A stretch of DNA of 64,000 nt from Asterias rubens (Eukaryota): positions 1,798,001 through 1,862,000 of the forward strand of contig NC_047083.1 in the NCBI RefSeq assembly GCF_902459465.1. Reading direction: 5' to 3'. Both the position numbers and the translations under genes were made by a program. This document shows positions 1 through 11,903 of this stretch, piece after piece (position 1 is the stretch's first letter; the number at the start of each line of letters is the position of its first letter). The notes under the pieces are model-generated. The model was not told where the DNA came from, searched no databases, and saw nothing but the letters and a program-made list of their open reading frames with translations.

Positions 1-280
1 GAGAAACGGCTCCCTCTGAAGTGCCATAGTTTTCGAGAAAGAAGTAATTTTCCACGAATTTGATTTCGAGACCTCAGATTTAGAACTTGAGGTCTCGAAA
101 TCAACCAACTAAACGCACAAAACTTCGTTAAACTAGGGTGTTTTTTCCTTTCATTATTATCTCGCAAGTTTGATGACCGATCGAGCTCAAATTTTCACAG
201 GTTTGTTATTTTATGCATATGTTGAGATACACCAACTGTGAATGCTAGTCTTTGACATTTACCAATAGTGTACACTGCCT
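1..280 (+). mobile_element. Kolobok-type TTAA MITE family A, copy cut by the window edge
   Basis: Ends ...accaatagtgtacactgcct|ttaa. The body matches the other family-A copies. Confidence 0.8.
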
Positions 281-1210
281 TTAACTATACCAAGAAATGT
301 TGGAAAGAATGTGCAACTCGGCTGCCTGTCCGACCTTGTAGGTTGACATTTGACCCCGTGTGAGTCAAAGGTCATGAACGGGAATGTACCTGACGAGACA
401 ACCGGACATCTTACATGTGTTCTTTCAATAAAATACTCGAACTATCTTTGGGGTAACGCACGCATGGAGAAGATAAAAACAAGTTTTAGGGGAAATACTG
501 AGAAAACATAAAAATTAACGAATATTCAAAGAATTGTCTGAATTTGAAGCATGTACAACCAAAGTGACATCACATGTTTACAACTTGAACCACAGAACCT
601 TGGCCCAATTTCATAAAGCTGCACAGCAGGAAATATTGCCGAACAAATTTCTACTCAGACGAAATGAGTCTAGGATAAAAAGTCATAAAAAGTACATGTG
701 ACATTCTGTTTGGCATGTTAACCTAATTCTGGTAAAACATGCTAAGCTATTTTCTGCTAAAGTAGCATCCATTAAAATTGGACATTGGTCTTATGGTACA
801 CACATCAGCTAAATGGAAGACCATTTAATGGAAATAACAGCACATCATTGTTATCAATTTATGAAAAATAATAATAATACCAAGCATTTATAAGGCACTA
901 TACAAAAATACCAGAGCGCCTAACAAAGGGGCGGAGTGGGGGGGGGGGGTGGAATGGACAAAAACGTAAACAAGAAAAAGAAACAATCAAACGACTAGCC
1001 AAGAAAACGCATTAAAAAGAGGAGAAAGTTTAGGTAGGTTGTGAAAGTGAATAAAGTGGCCACATCAAACTTCAAGTTGTTCAGCTGTTAATTTTTCACA
1101 AATATTATTTGTATAGTAATACAATAATGTATGGTCACTCACTTCATCCAGGGTGACGTGTAAAGTTTGTTTTCAACTCTCGATAAGATAAAGTTGCTCT
1201 TTTATTCCAG

Positions 1211-3045
1211 ATGCCGACTTTCTTTTCCTACTCGGTGAAAGCCCACCAAATGGTGATGACGATTTTGACGTCACAGACCCGTCAGGGGAGTCGGACACGA
1301 GCCATGATGACGTAGACATGAGGATCAAAAACATTCCCGACAGAGCATTCAAAAATGCGTCCGGGTTAAGACAATTGGATATTCGCGGCAACAAGATCAC
1401 CGGGCTCCAGCCCGGAAGCTTCGTGGGATTGCAATTTCTTGAGATTCTGTCACTGAAGGACAACCGTTTGAGGGCGCTAGATAGTGACGCATGGTGGGAA
1501 CTTCAAAGCATCAGAAGTCTCATCCTGTCTGGAAACAATCTCCGGAGCCTTCCGGAGCAAGGATTCAGGAACAGTTCCGGATTACTCGAGCTGGACCTCG
1601 GTGGTAACCTGCTCGAGGATCTCTCACCAAGGTCTTTGAGTTGGCTCCCTCAGCTGCGATTCCTGAATCTTTCACATAACCGCCTGGTTCAGGTTCCGGG
1701 AGGCCTGTTTTCGGATCTTGTTGAGCTCCAGGAACTTTATCTGGATGGCAACAGACTTGAAGACCTACCAGTTGGACTCTTTGATCAGAATTCCTTACTG
1801 GAAGTTGTGTCTCTTCGGAATAATAGACTCCATCGCATTCCGGAGCTCCTTTTCTACCATCAGGTCAACCTGAGGGAACTGGATCTATACGGTAACCACC
1901 TGATCGAACTGGGTAACTCAGCCTTCGCGACGGTACCTGCCCTCCGCTATTTAGACATATCACACAATATCATCGAGGAATTGAATAATGGAACCTTCCA
2001 GAATTGTTCGAATCTGCTTAAGCTAGACGCCAGCTTTAACAGGATCAGGGAAGTCAGGATTGGTACCTTCGGGAAGATACCTTCTCTCCAGGAACTCATT
2101 CTATCGAACAACAACATATCCTCGATTACTCCTGCCGCCCTAGCAGGCTTGAGAAACCTTGCCGAGTTAGATCTTACAAACAATGCACTGCGGCACCTGC
2201 GGGCCTATACGTTCTACGGACTCGAAGAGCTGATCTCATTGCAGCTTGATAACAACAGTGTGTTAGAGGTTGAACCAGAAGCTTTCAGCGTTGGCCTCTT
2301 CAGCTCCTCCTCTAAGCTTACCTGGTTGTACCTCAGGATGAACCTCCTTAGTAACTTGACCTCCAACATGTTTCAAGGTGTACCGTTCCTTAAGATGTTG
2401 AACCTGGCAGACAATAAGATCGACACCATAGGACCATCTGCTTTTCGTGGACTAAGAAGCTTGACTGCCCTGAGTCTCAAGGGAAACCACCTCTGGAGTC
2501 TCGAAGAGAGAGCCTTCTCAGGGATGGTCCGCCTGAAGAACTTAGACCTGAGTGGCAACTCTCTACATCGTATCGATGAGGGCGCCTTCCAAGGACTGCG
2601 TTTTCTGCAGGATCTTAACATGGAGGAGAACGAACTTGACGAGACAACCGCTGATTGGCTGGTGGGTCTGACGTCACTCTCTCAACTGAATCTGAACCGA
2701 AACCGGTTTGCCAGGTTACCACCGTTTGTGTTGACGAACCTACGGAGGTTACGTCAGCTGTTTGTGGCGGGAAACATTCTCGACACTTTCCGAATCCCCG
2801 AACTCGATCGGCCGGTCGGGTTGTCTCGACTGGACATTGCAGATAACAACTTACAGACGATAGAGGGCAGTCTGCACGGTATACTCGAGGCAGACAGCTC
2901 TGTGACCATGTTTGGAAATCCTTGGAATTGTGACTGTGGACTGACGTCAGACTTGATGGAGATGACGTCACTCGGTGTTCAATTTGAAAAAGAGAACATC
3001 ACAATATGTGAAACTATCGCGGGAAAGCAGCTTCAAAATATAAAG
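1211..3045 (+). CDS. Large internal exon of an LRR + serine-protease-homolog gene: about 21 typical-class LRRs and an LRRCT cap
   Basis: ORF 1318-3081 has about 21 LxxLxLxxNxL repeats spaced about 24 aa apart, followed by NPWNCDC...ICET (LRRCT). Acceptor tttattccag|AT at 1210/1211 (phase 1) keeps the frame open upstream of the ORF-track ATG. Donor AAG|gtgagt at 3045/3046 (phase 0). The 5' exons lie left of the window. Confidence 0.9.
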
Positions 3046-3568
3046 GTGAGTTCTGCAATATTATTTAGCAATAAAACTTAAAAACAAAAAGGCAAAAAAC
3101 TATAATTTTGCTGACACAAGTTATACACACAAAACAGTGTATAATTCTTGTGCAAAAAGCAAAGTTTGTACCTTTCTTTCAGTGAGTAACATTCCCCTAT
3201 TGATGGTAGGGCTTACAAAAAAAATGGAGACCCACGACAACAAAAACCGGTCTCATTATCAAAACAAACAAATAAAATACCTATCTTAAAATGTTTATGG
3301 TTGTGCAATCGCCACGAGTACATTTTTAGACATGCGATATGCAAGACTATTATTTATCATCATCAAAGTTATTGTTTTTAACATGAATCAAAAATCAGTG
3401 CTCAGTATTATCAATAATAGCCCATTGTAAATATTGACCAGACAGTAAAGTTGTTTTAACGTAAGACAAAGTTACTTTGTACACAACAAAGAAAACTTCA
3501 GGACATCTTCTTGACTTTCTTTCATTTGGAACCACTGTTTGTTCATGATATTAATCTCCACATTACAG

Positions 3569-3732
3569 ACAAGGCTTTTGCTGACCGAAGCAGCCAGCGA
3601 ACACGAGGCTCGTTGTGGATCGCAGCTGAGGGTGGCTCCCCTCATAGACAGGACCGCGGCTCGGCGGCTCGGTGACTCCACGGACTCCCAGACCGCTGCT
3701 CGTGTCGTAAGACGATGCAAGATCCCTGCAAT
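3569..3732 (+). CDS. Linker exon of the LRR-SPH gene (TRLLLTEAASEHEARCG...RVVRRCKIPA)
   Basis: Acceptor cattacag|ACA (phase 0) matches the upstream phase-0 donor. Donor GCAAT|gtaagt (phase 2) matches the next acceptor. The frame is open throughout. Confidence 0.8.
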
Positions 3733-3962
3733 GTAAGTGTTAAAAATCCCATACTTTCTGATTAGTCTGTCAAGGACACAAAAAGATGATCTTCTCGTAT
3801 AGGGAACTCGCCAAACTCCAACAAGGGGATATGAACACCAAGCTGGCAACAGCCAATCTTTAACGTCTATGAATTGACAAATCAAGAAATTGTAATCCAG
3901 TATAAACTAGACGACAAAACATGTACTTATTCTAGTCAATGTGAAAATCAGATGTTAGCTTT

Positions 3963-4027
3963 TAGGATTTGAACCTACAACCTTGTGATTGCAAGTCGTG
4001 CAGTCTAACCACTTGACCACGGTGACC
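3963..4027 (-). mobile_element. tRNA-derived SINE head or tRNA pseudogene fragment, in the last intron of the LRR-SPH gene
   Basis: The reverse complement GGTCACCGTGGTCAAGTGGTTAGA...GGTTCAAATCC has Pol III A and B boxes but no 3' acceptor-stem strand. Confidence 0.65.
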
Positions 4028-4243
4028 TAGTGCTCATGTTTGGCACATGAGAACAAGGACAATACAAGAAAAGGGAAAACAAAATAAAGACTGGGATGCT
4101 CCATGCAAAGTGATTAAAATTCAAAATAAGGCGGTAAAAAACCTGGGCTATAGAAAAAGTTGATTGTGTACCCTTGATCAATCTCTAATGAAACCAAGTC
4201 AAGTTCTTACAAACTTGTTTTTCTGCCCGCTTTTCCTAAAAAG

Positions 4244-4982
4244 TATCTCCAAAGGTAACGGGACTTGGCCCTGGCACGGCATCGTCTGGGACTCAAACAC
4301 GGACACTGCTCTCTGCAATGCCGCCCTCATCGGTAAAGATTGGGCAATCACAACACTGCGCTGCCTGCAGCCGATAGAGGGCGAGCTGTCGAAGATGCCC
4401 GGTTTCTTCGACGACATCGTGAGGCGGGGAAAAGACAGCCTCATCATGGCACCGCATGGTCTGACGGTCCGACTCGGCAAGAGTAGACAACTACAGGACC
4501 GTGAACCAGGCGAGAAATCCTACCACATCATGAATATTCATGTCCCTGCGAACGACAGAGGATCTGGTTTGGACCGGCCCATTCTGCTTCAGTTCGTCAC
4601 CATGGCTACTGTGACAAAGACAATTACCCCAGCATGCATTGCAAACTCTCCACTCAAATCCAAGAGGGCGCTTGTCCTGGGATGGGGAACGAAACGAGAA
4701 CAGACACGAGAACTCCTCCAAAGCTCCCGGATGAAACTAGATCCATGTGACTTCACCAATGACGTCACTGATACCGCCATTTTCTGCGGTGTCCGAGACA
4801 GAGGGAAGCCCATACAGTTTTCGATGGAGGGCAATATGGGTGGAAACTTGGTACTGAAGAGAGGGCGTGGGGACTGGATACTTCTGGGTATAGGGTCTAA
4901 CATGACCCCAAAAGGTCAAAGTGTTTTCGTTGATGTAGGCAAGTACGCCAGCTGGGTTTACAAGAAAACCGAAGTTCGGTAA
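4244..4982 (+). CDS. Terminal exon of the LRR-SPH gene: trypsin-fold domain lacking catalytic residues
   Basis: Acceptor cctaaaaag|T ATC (phase 2). Chymotrypsin-fold motifs are recognisable: WPWH, LCNAALIGKDWAITTLRC (for CGGSLI..WVLTAAHC), PACI, FCG, GNMGGNLV (for GDSGGPLV), W.LLGIGS and VFVDVGKYASWV. Stop TAA at 4980-4982. Confidence 0.85.
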
Positions 4983-4994
4983 GGAGACTAGAAC

Positions 4995-5032
4995 CATAGA
5001 GTTATATATAAGAACTTATATATAACTCTATG
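4995..5032. mobile_element. 38-bp perfect hairpin with an 8-bp target-site duplication (hAT-like mini element)
   Basis: ACTAGAAC|CATAGAGTTATATATAAG-AA-CTTATATATAACTCTATG|ACTAGAAC. Confidence 0.8.
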
Positions 5033-5056
5033 ACTAGAACGCATGAAGTTAAGACC

Positions 5057-5231
5057 AATAGACCTTATGCACATGACGTCATTTCAGTAGGGCGCCCTCA
5101 CCCAGAGGTCAAAAGGAGGTTGTTCATTGGCCAATACTGTGTGCCTCGCGTACAAATCTGTGCGTTTCGATTGTTTCGTAACCGTTTTTCCACTTAGATG
5201 GCCGCTGGATGACGTCAATGCATGGTCTATT
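5057..5231. mobile_element. Short TIR element with ATAGACC...GGTCTAT termini, carrying TGACGTCA near both ends
   Basis: AATAGACCTTATGCACATGACGTCA ... TGACGTCAATGCATGGTCTATT. Superfamily not assigned. Confidence 0.6.
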
Positions 5232-7076
5232 CAAAATCATGGCTATAGGCTATGGCTTTGACTTAAGCTTCGTGTGCTTTCTGTGCCGCAACATGGCTTA
5301 AGATAGGCAGACTGAGCCTAAGACAGAGGTGTGGTTTCGAAAGGCGCCAATTAAAACTTTCACATTCTCAGTCGAATGCTGAACATTGTAAAAATTAAAA
5401 TTACGTCCTCTGTCGACGTAACATAATAAACTCTTACCTACGCATTGGATTTATGCCTGGCATGGGAGTAGAGGGTACCCCTAATGTTTCCATACTTTAA
5501 TACATTAGTTTTCTGTTGTACAGAAGTTATCCCCTATATATAATTCTCCAAGCACAAAATTAAAACAAGATAGAGGGGATTGGGGTTACCCCATGCCCAA
5601 AAGCGGCACCAAAATAATGCAGATTTTTGCAAAAACAACCTTTGGAATCAAGTCTAGAACCTAGACGCTCAGTATGACCACATTATGTATGTACATGTAT
5701 TACCCAAGTGGGCTATTTATTATAAGGCATGCTAGAAGTAAATAAAGGCTTAACGGTGAAGATGATTTGGTTTCAAAAAGTATTTATAACTATAGACGAT
5801 GTGACCTCTGACGTCACACGAAAACCATAACATGATTCGCGCGCATACCGCCGGGCAAAAGCTTTGTGTTTTGGCTGCCAGCTAGAAAGTGTATGCAATC
5901 TCACCTCACCATGACTACGTGTCTTTTTGCCCGGCGAAACATGACGTATACAGTGTTTTTTCAACAGAGGACGGTTTGAATGTAAACATAGGTCACATCG
6001 TCTATAAAAGTAAACTTGCGGGTACAGTGTGCAAAATCTCTCTCGGGAGAAGTGTTGGCTCTGAAAAGAGCTAGCGTCCCAGGGATGTCCGCTTGATGGT
6101 GACTTCCCAATATGGAAAATAAACGTGGGCTGAAGGATGATGATTCAAAAGAGGGCGCTATCAAGAGAAGTTTGAACACAGTTCGCCGTATGTGGGGACA
6201 GAAGCTCTTTGGGGGGGGGGGCACACAGAATCTCCTGCCACACTGGGTAGGTTTGGTCTTGACGTTTCGACCAATGGTGGTAAAACTCAACTCTATGTTT
6301 GCTCTTTACGCCGTTGTGTGTTAAGAAAACTCCCAGCATTCTGAGCCAATTGTGTCAGAAACACAGACACCTCGATAGGGATCCGAACCTACGACCCTCG
6401 ACATTAAGATATCATAAAAGCGTTGTTAAAACTTGACCAACGGACATCCAACCTCCCAACCTGTTGGCTTGACAGAAGCCCAACCAGATTTCGGTGCAAA
6501 TCTCCGGCTCTATAATAGACGTTGTCATTCGTATTAAAGATCATCAGCCGCCATTCAACAGTATGCCTTGGGCACAATCAGAGACGTCCAGAAACCTTCC
6601 CTCCGTACGTAATGTTGAGTAGTATAGGCGTCCACACCATCCACGAACCCGACAACGCAGAAAATCAACTCCTCACCATTGTCACTCTCAAAGGTGACTT
6701 GCACTTTCTCTCTCCAACCCCCCCCCCCTTCATCCCCTGCCCTGCAGCCTGTCTGACCCAGACGTCTCTCTGACACGTCATACCCACTATCACTGTCAAA
6801 GTCAACACGGTCCATCACGGTCTCCGCCTTTTTACCACCTCACAACCACGCCCCTCCTCCCAGGTTTAACCTGCTCGTAACCTCGTAACCTCGCCTCTGC
6901 ACTTTAACGGTCTCCTCCATTGACTCTGCAAACAGAACTCGGCCTTTGCAACTCGACCCCGGAAACGACGTTGTTTAAAAACGAGGTTCGTGGTTTCTTA
7001 TTATACATATATCCTCAAAGTAAAAATCAAATTCCATAATTGGGATCAAAGAAAGTGCTTAGTATTATTTCTTTAA

Positions 7077-7430
7077 AGACACTGGACACTATTGGTAAAT
7101 GTCAAAGACCAGTCTTCTCACTTGGTGTATCTCAACACATGCATAAAATAACAAACCTGTGAAAATTTGAGGTTAATCGGTCATCGAAGTTGCGAGATAA
7201 AGATGAACGAAAAAACACCCTTGTCACACGAAGTTGTGTGCTTTCAGATGCTTGATTTCGAGACCTCAATTTCGAAGAAAATTACTTCTTTCTCGAAAAC
7301 TACGTCATCTCAGAGGGACCCGTTTCTCACAATGTTTTATACCATCAACCTCTCCCCATTACTCCTTTATACCAAGTGAGGTTTTGTGCTAATAATTATT
7401 TTGAGTAATTATCAATAGTGTCCACTGCCT
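7077..7430 (-). mobile_element. Kolobok-type MITE family A, full length
   Basis: ttaa|AGACACTGGACACTATTGGTAA ... TCAATAGTGTCCACTGCCT|ctaa. Terminal inverted repeats with AG..CT ends and a TTAA-like target, as typical of Kolobok. Confidence 0.8.
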
Positions 7431-7581
7431 CTAAGTATACTGGTGGTATATTCCGCTTGCAACCTGACAACATATATAGAGCCCAATAGCATAATGGTGG
7501 TTAAACAAAAAGTGTACCCATATTTTTATAGCCATGTTTACCTACTTACTTCCAAGTTTTGAACTTGAAATTAGGAACTTG

Positions 7582-7790
7582 TCGAAAAGAGAATAGGTTC
7601 ACCCGGTGTTCCTGGTTTGATTGAGTGTACATTGCGCCACAGCACCTTGTAAACCAAGACAAGTAAAGGAATTGATCTCGTACTTCAAAAACGTGGCTCC
7701 ACGAAGTGCAGGTAAACACTGGTAGGTGAAGATTGATTTGAGCGTCACTGTGTGACGAATATGAGCGCTTTAAAAGAAGCCACTGTATAA
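7582..7790 (+). mobile_element. SINE body and 3' tail fragment
   Basis: gaaaagagaataggttcacccggtgttcctgg...gcgccacagcaccttgtaaacc is homologous to the reverse complement of 40538-40610, and is followed by a tgagcg...gagcgctttaaaagaa tail. Confidence 0.55.
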
Positions 7791-8064
7791 AATATTTATT
7801 ATAAAAAAGGAAACTTTAACCACCACAAGTTGAAACTTTCCTTCGGGTCTTTTGACAGTGGGACATCTCGACACGGGACGTTTTATCTGAAGGGAAAAAC
7901 GTAACGGTCTGACGCCTTGGATTTCGCATTATCCACGGCACCGACTCGACGCCCGATTGCCTACATCATTTCAAATTCATTGCCCTTCGTTTACTACTTG
8001 AGGATTTGACTGCCACTCCTTCATTGTTTACCTTCATTACTGTCGATACAGTGTCAGTCTTTAA

Positions 8065-8445
8065 AGGGACCGGCTAATATATTGGTAATTACTCAAAACA
8101 ATTGTTGGCATAAGAACTTACTTGGTAACGAGTAATGGAGAGCTGTTAACAGTATGAAACATTGTGAGAAACAGCTCCCTCTGAAGTAACCTAGTTTTTG
8201 AGAAAGTAATTTCTCACTAAAATATTGAATTGATTTCGAGACCTCTAAAAGCACACAACTTGTGCGACAAGGGTGTTTTGTCTTCCATTATTCTCTCGCA
8301 ACTTCGACGACCAACTGAGTTCAAATTTTCACAGGTTTGTTATTTTATGCATATGTTGAGATACACCATGGAGGTAGATTCTATCTCCATGGATACACCA
8401 AGTGAAAAACTGGTCTTTGACAGTATCCAAAGGTGTCCAGTGCCT
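8065..8445 (+). mobile_element. Kolobok-type MITE family A, diverged copy
   Basis: ttaa|AGGGAC...ATTGGTAATTACTCAAAA ... GTGTCCAGTGCCT|ttaa. Internal sequence is shared with other copies. Confidence 0.75.
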
Positions 8446-8680
8446 TTAAAGAAAATGTATACTTTGATATTTTGAACTGTTCAATTATTGTTGTAATCCT
8501 ACATAAATGTTAAAATATACAATAATAACTAACTAGTGAGAAAATAATTTCAAAAGGTTGTAAAGTTGTTAAGATATTGCCGAAAATCTGGAGTGGTTAT
8601 GTCCGTCACACAGGAAGATTAACCCGTAATTGGAATACACAGTCTGAGAAACTTTTCTCAGATTGAAGATCTTCATGCAC

Positions 8681-8721
8681 TTCTTGAAGACGAGCAGAGC
8701 ATACTGTTCGAAACGTTGATG
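8681..8721 (+). ncRNA. Decayed copy of the same hammerhead-like motif; a third copy lies at 38671-38710
   Basis: TTGAAGA-C-GAGCAG agcata CTGTTC-GAAAC-GTT. Stem II is intact; C3 and C17 appear mutated to T. Confidence 0.45.
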
Positions 8722-9361
8722 CCACATCATTTCTTCTCAAAGAGTTGAATACATAGTTGTACTCGCAAGTTTACAACTATAGTTTTTCTTATGATCAACA
8801 CCATACAATGCATTACAAGCATACCATACCATACCATACAATACAATGTTTTTTCATTTCATTTTATTTGACAGCAAACATGAAAAACACAAACATGTAT
8901 TAAAAAATTGCACATCAAAGATTTACAAGAAAAAGCAATACAATGGTTATAAAAAGAGAACAGCAAAAAATATGCAAAAACACAAGCAAATTACTGAGAA
9001 ACCTGGCCTGGCCGCGGGCAGATATAAGGATTGTGTAGGAAACACCTCCAGTGAGGGTGGAACACAAAACACTACAGACGAAACAAAAGACAAGAACCCT
9101 GGCAGGGAAAGCCAATAGCGACAAAAACTTGTCTTGAGGCATTGCAATGCATCAAACGTCACCGCGTCTTGTTTCGATCGCTGCAATCAAAACAAGCCTC
9201 TTGGTCTGTGTACATGGAACGTCCTTAATAACCTTGACTGTTTTTCAGATTATATTTATTCCGATGACGATTGGTAAAGACAAGTTTTCAAAGCCAGACA
9301 ACCTCTTAGATTGAAGTGATTGATTTCTTTCACCGATTACCTAGTACACTTTCGCCTTTAA

Positions 9362-9730
9362 AGGGAAGGTACACGTTTGGTAATTACTCAAAACAAATAT
9401 TAACTTAAAAACTGACTTGGTGACGAGCATTGGAGAGCTGTTGGTAATATAAAACATTGTGGGAAACGACTCCCTCTGAAGTAACGTAGTTTTTGAGAAA
9501 GAGGCAATTTCTCACTAAAGTAATAAAATACTTCTAGCTAGAAGTCTTTAATTCTTATCTGAAAGCACACAAATTAGTCCAACAAGGGTGCTTTTTCTTT
9601 CATCATTTTCTCGCAACTTCGATGACCAATTTAAACCCAAATTTCCACAGGCTTGTTATTTTATGGTTATGATGGGATACACCAAGTGAGAAGACTGGTC
9701 TTTGACAATTACCAAACGAGTACCCTCCCT
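9362..9730 (+). mobile_element. Kolobok-type MITE family A, variant TIR subfamily
   Basis: ttaa|AGGGAAGGTACACGTTTGGTAATT ... AATTACCAAACGAGTACCCTCCCT|ttaa, with TTAA on both sides. Confidence 0.8.
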
Positions 9731-10459
9731 TTAAGCACGAAGTGTCCGCCCATACAGTCTTTGTTTTGCCCCGTTCAATCGACTGCTATTTAATGCGCAA
9801 TTTACAGCAATCACCCACGATGTAATGACTGTGAAGAGAAGGTATCGCTCCATGAAACCCCCGGCACAACCTATCACCTCTCAATTAACATTATTCTCGG
9901 ATTAGCAGATTAATCACTTTCACTTCATCTGTCACAATTTTTTCCCCCCATTCCATGGTGACTTTTCCCTCTGTTATTTTCAAATGATGCAGTTTTTACA
10001 ATCTGGGTAAAGCAAGAAAGAAAACAGTCTCTAACTTTTGTCATTCAACCACTGTTTTTATATCTCTGGACATTCCTTTGTTCTATGTATTAATAGAACA
10101 AAATATTTCCCATTACTGGTGCTAACATCTTTTGGACAGTAAGTGTTTAAATTCTCTCCCCATAGAAATTACCCCCAAAACTTGTTCTACTGGTCAGCCA
10201 CTAAAACAGTTACGAACAAACTCTGTAAGTTTTCAGTCCTACCTTAAGTATGCACATAACAAAGACTCTCCACTACAGCTGCCACACGCATGAGAACACA
10301 AGAATCTACACAACAAAGAAAACATTAACAAGTGAAGTTATTGCAAAAAAGCTTGACCACTTTGTGAAAGAAAAGCAAGAGAAAGACAAATGTTCCGAGT
10401 TGAAACAAGGTGTGGTGAATCACCATCCCTAGGGAGAAGCATTTGCTCAGAGAAGGGAC

Positions 10460-10910
10460 AAGAGTACAGGGGACCAGACTGGTTCTATCCAACCTCGATC
10501 TCACCCCTATGACTTTTCGCAAACTTTACCTTACGTTACCTTTCTCAAAAGTCTGTTGCTGGACATTGTTCAAATCAGTGCCAATATAATTGTCACACAA
10601 GGGGCCAAAGTAGCTAGTAGGCCTACCATGTACCAGGGACCACACCAGAGACCAAACAAAATCTTACCAACCTCGCTCTCATCCCTTTGACTTTGTGCAT
10701 ACTCTACCATAACTGTATACCTTTCCCGCAAAGTCTGTTGCTGGACGTCTCTATTGCAGTGCTCAAATCAATGGCAATACAATCGTCACATAAAGGGGAC
10801 CAGGGACCAAACCAGAGACCAGACTATTTCCTACAAGGCTCAACCTCATCCACTACACATACTCCACCCCATCCATGAACTTTCTCTTCCTCAGTTGTTG
10901 GACGTCTCTC
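10460..10910. repeat. Old degenerate tandem repeat with a period of about 170-185 bp
   Basis: Recurring blocks: ccaacctcg.tctca.ccct.tgactt (about 10489 and 10667), aagtctgttgctggac (about 10549 and 10732), and gggacca.accagagacca (about 10635 and 10802). Confidence 0.6.
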
Positions 10911-11657
10911 TTCCAATGTTTGCTTGATTCGCCAAGGAGTATCCTTCTCTCCCCCGATTACCTTCCCGCCAAAATGACATCAACTCGAGTGTATCGTAGC
11001 ATGATGCCTTGCTCTTCTGATTCAGCGCCCCCCATTTCGTCCATGGCAACCACGGCCTCTGAGCCCCGTAACACAATTATCAACACTCCGTCAAATCCAT
11101 CCCTTTTTCTTTCCGGTAATACCAGACTGCCACTCCTCCCCCTTCTCTCTCTCTTCAGTCTAACCCCCACCACTATCATCTCAAGATCCAACAACGGGAT
11201 CAAAAGTTACAGCTTGACGGGTAGACGGGATGAGGAAGTGGGGGAAATGTTGTCCCTTGACAGCGTGAAATTTCAAGTAGCGTCGACCAAAACGAAAAAA
11301 CATGTGCACTTTTCATTTCACTGACCCTCATCGCACAATGTTTGTCTGGGTCTCGGTTGACGTACTATCGATTATAATAACATGGATCTTGCAAACATAA
11401 GCCCCTTTCACATGAGAAATTTAGCAAGGGTCCCTTGCTAAAATTGTAGCATGTTTGTACAACTTTACAAAATGTTCCTCGTGTGAAAAGACAACCATTT
11501 TGTCTTCTGTCCAAGTTCTCTTGCAAAATCTCGACCAAACATTGCTTTATTTTACGACCATGCTAAAGCAAGGGACCCCAGTTTAATTGCTGTCGTGTGA
11601 GTGGCACTATATACACCAGACTAGTCTGGTCACCAACCTCGGATTAAATCTGATTTT

Positions 11658-11903
11658 GGGTGCGTTCGTTTAGCTTCCCTTGGTCGACCCCGCAGTGCTC
11701 ACTCGGGTGAGCCCCTGACAAGAGCTAATCGAACGATCACACTCGCCCTCTCGTGGTGACGGCATGTACGACAGGTCATCCCTAAGTGATCCACTCCACA
11801 AGCAGGGCACTGGGGGCTGATGACCCGGGCGAGCCCCGTCAAATCTATTCGAACGTACCGGGGCAGACCGGGGTCGACTCAGGGAAGCTAAACGAACGCA
11901 CCC
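11658..11903. mobile_element. MITE with 23-bp perfect TIRs (probably PIF/Harbinger)
   Basis: GGGTGCGTTCGTTTAGCTTCCCT ... AGGGAAGCTAAACGAACGCACCC. The target duplication is not clear. Confidence 0.75.

Noticed and set aside
1173-2971. Antisense and alternative-frame ORFs over the LRR exon (1173-1463, 1947-2183, 2373-2621, 2615-2971, 2655-2846)
   Set aside because: Shadows of the real plus-strand exon with no recognisable domains.
3963-4027. Functional tRNA gene (also 44022-44094)
   Set aside because: The 3' strand of the acceptor stem is absent and the anticodon stem is imperfect. Treated as SINE or pseudogene heads.
6555-6818. Acidic 87-aa minus-strand ORF
   Set aside because: An in-frame stop lies just upstream, it contains a poly-G tract, and no family is recognisable.
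10875-11324. 149-aa plus-strand ORF and overlapping minus-strand ORFs
   Set aside because: Low-complexity CT-rich sequence next to a degenerate tandem repeat, with no domain or consistent splice support.
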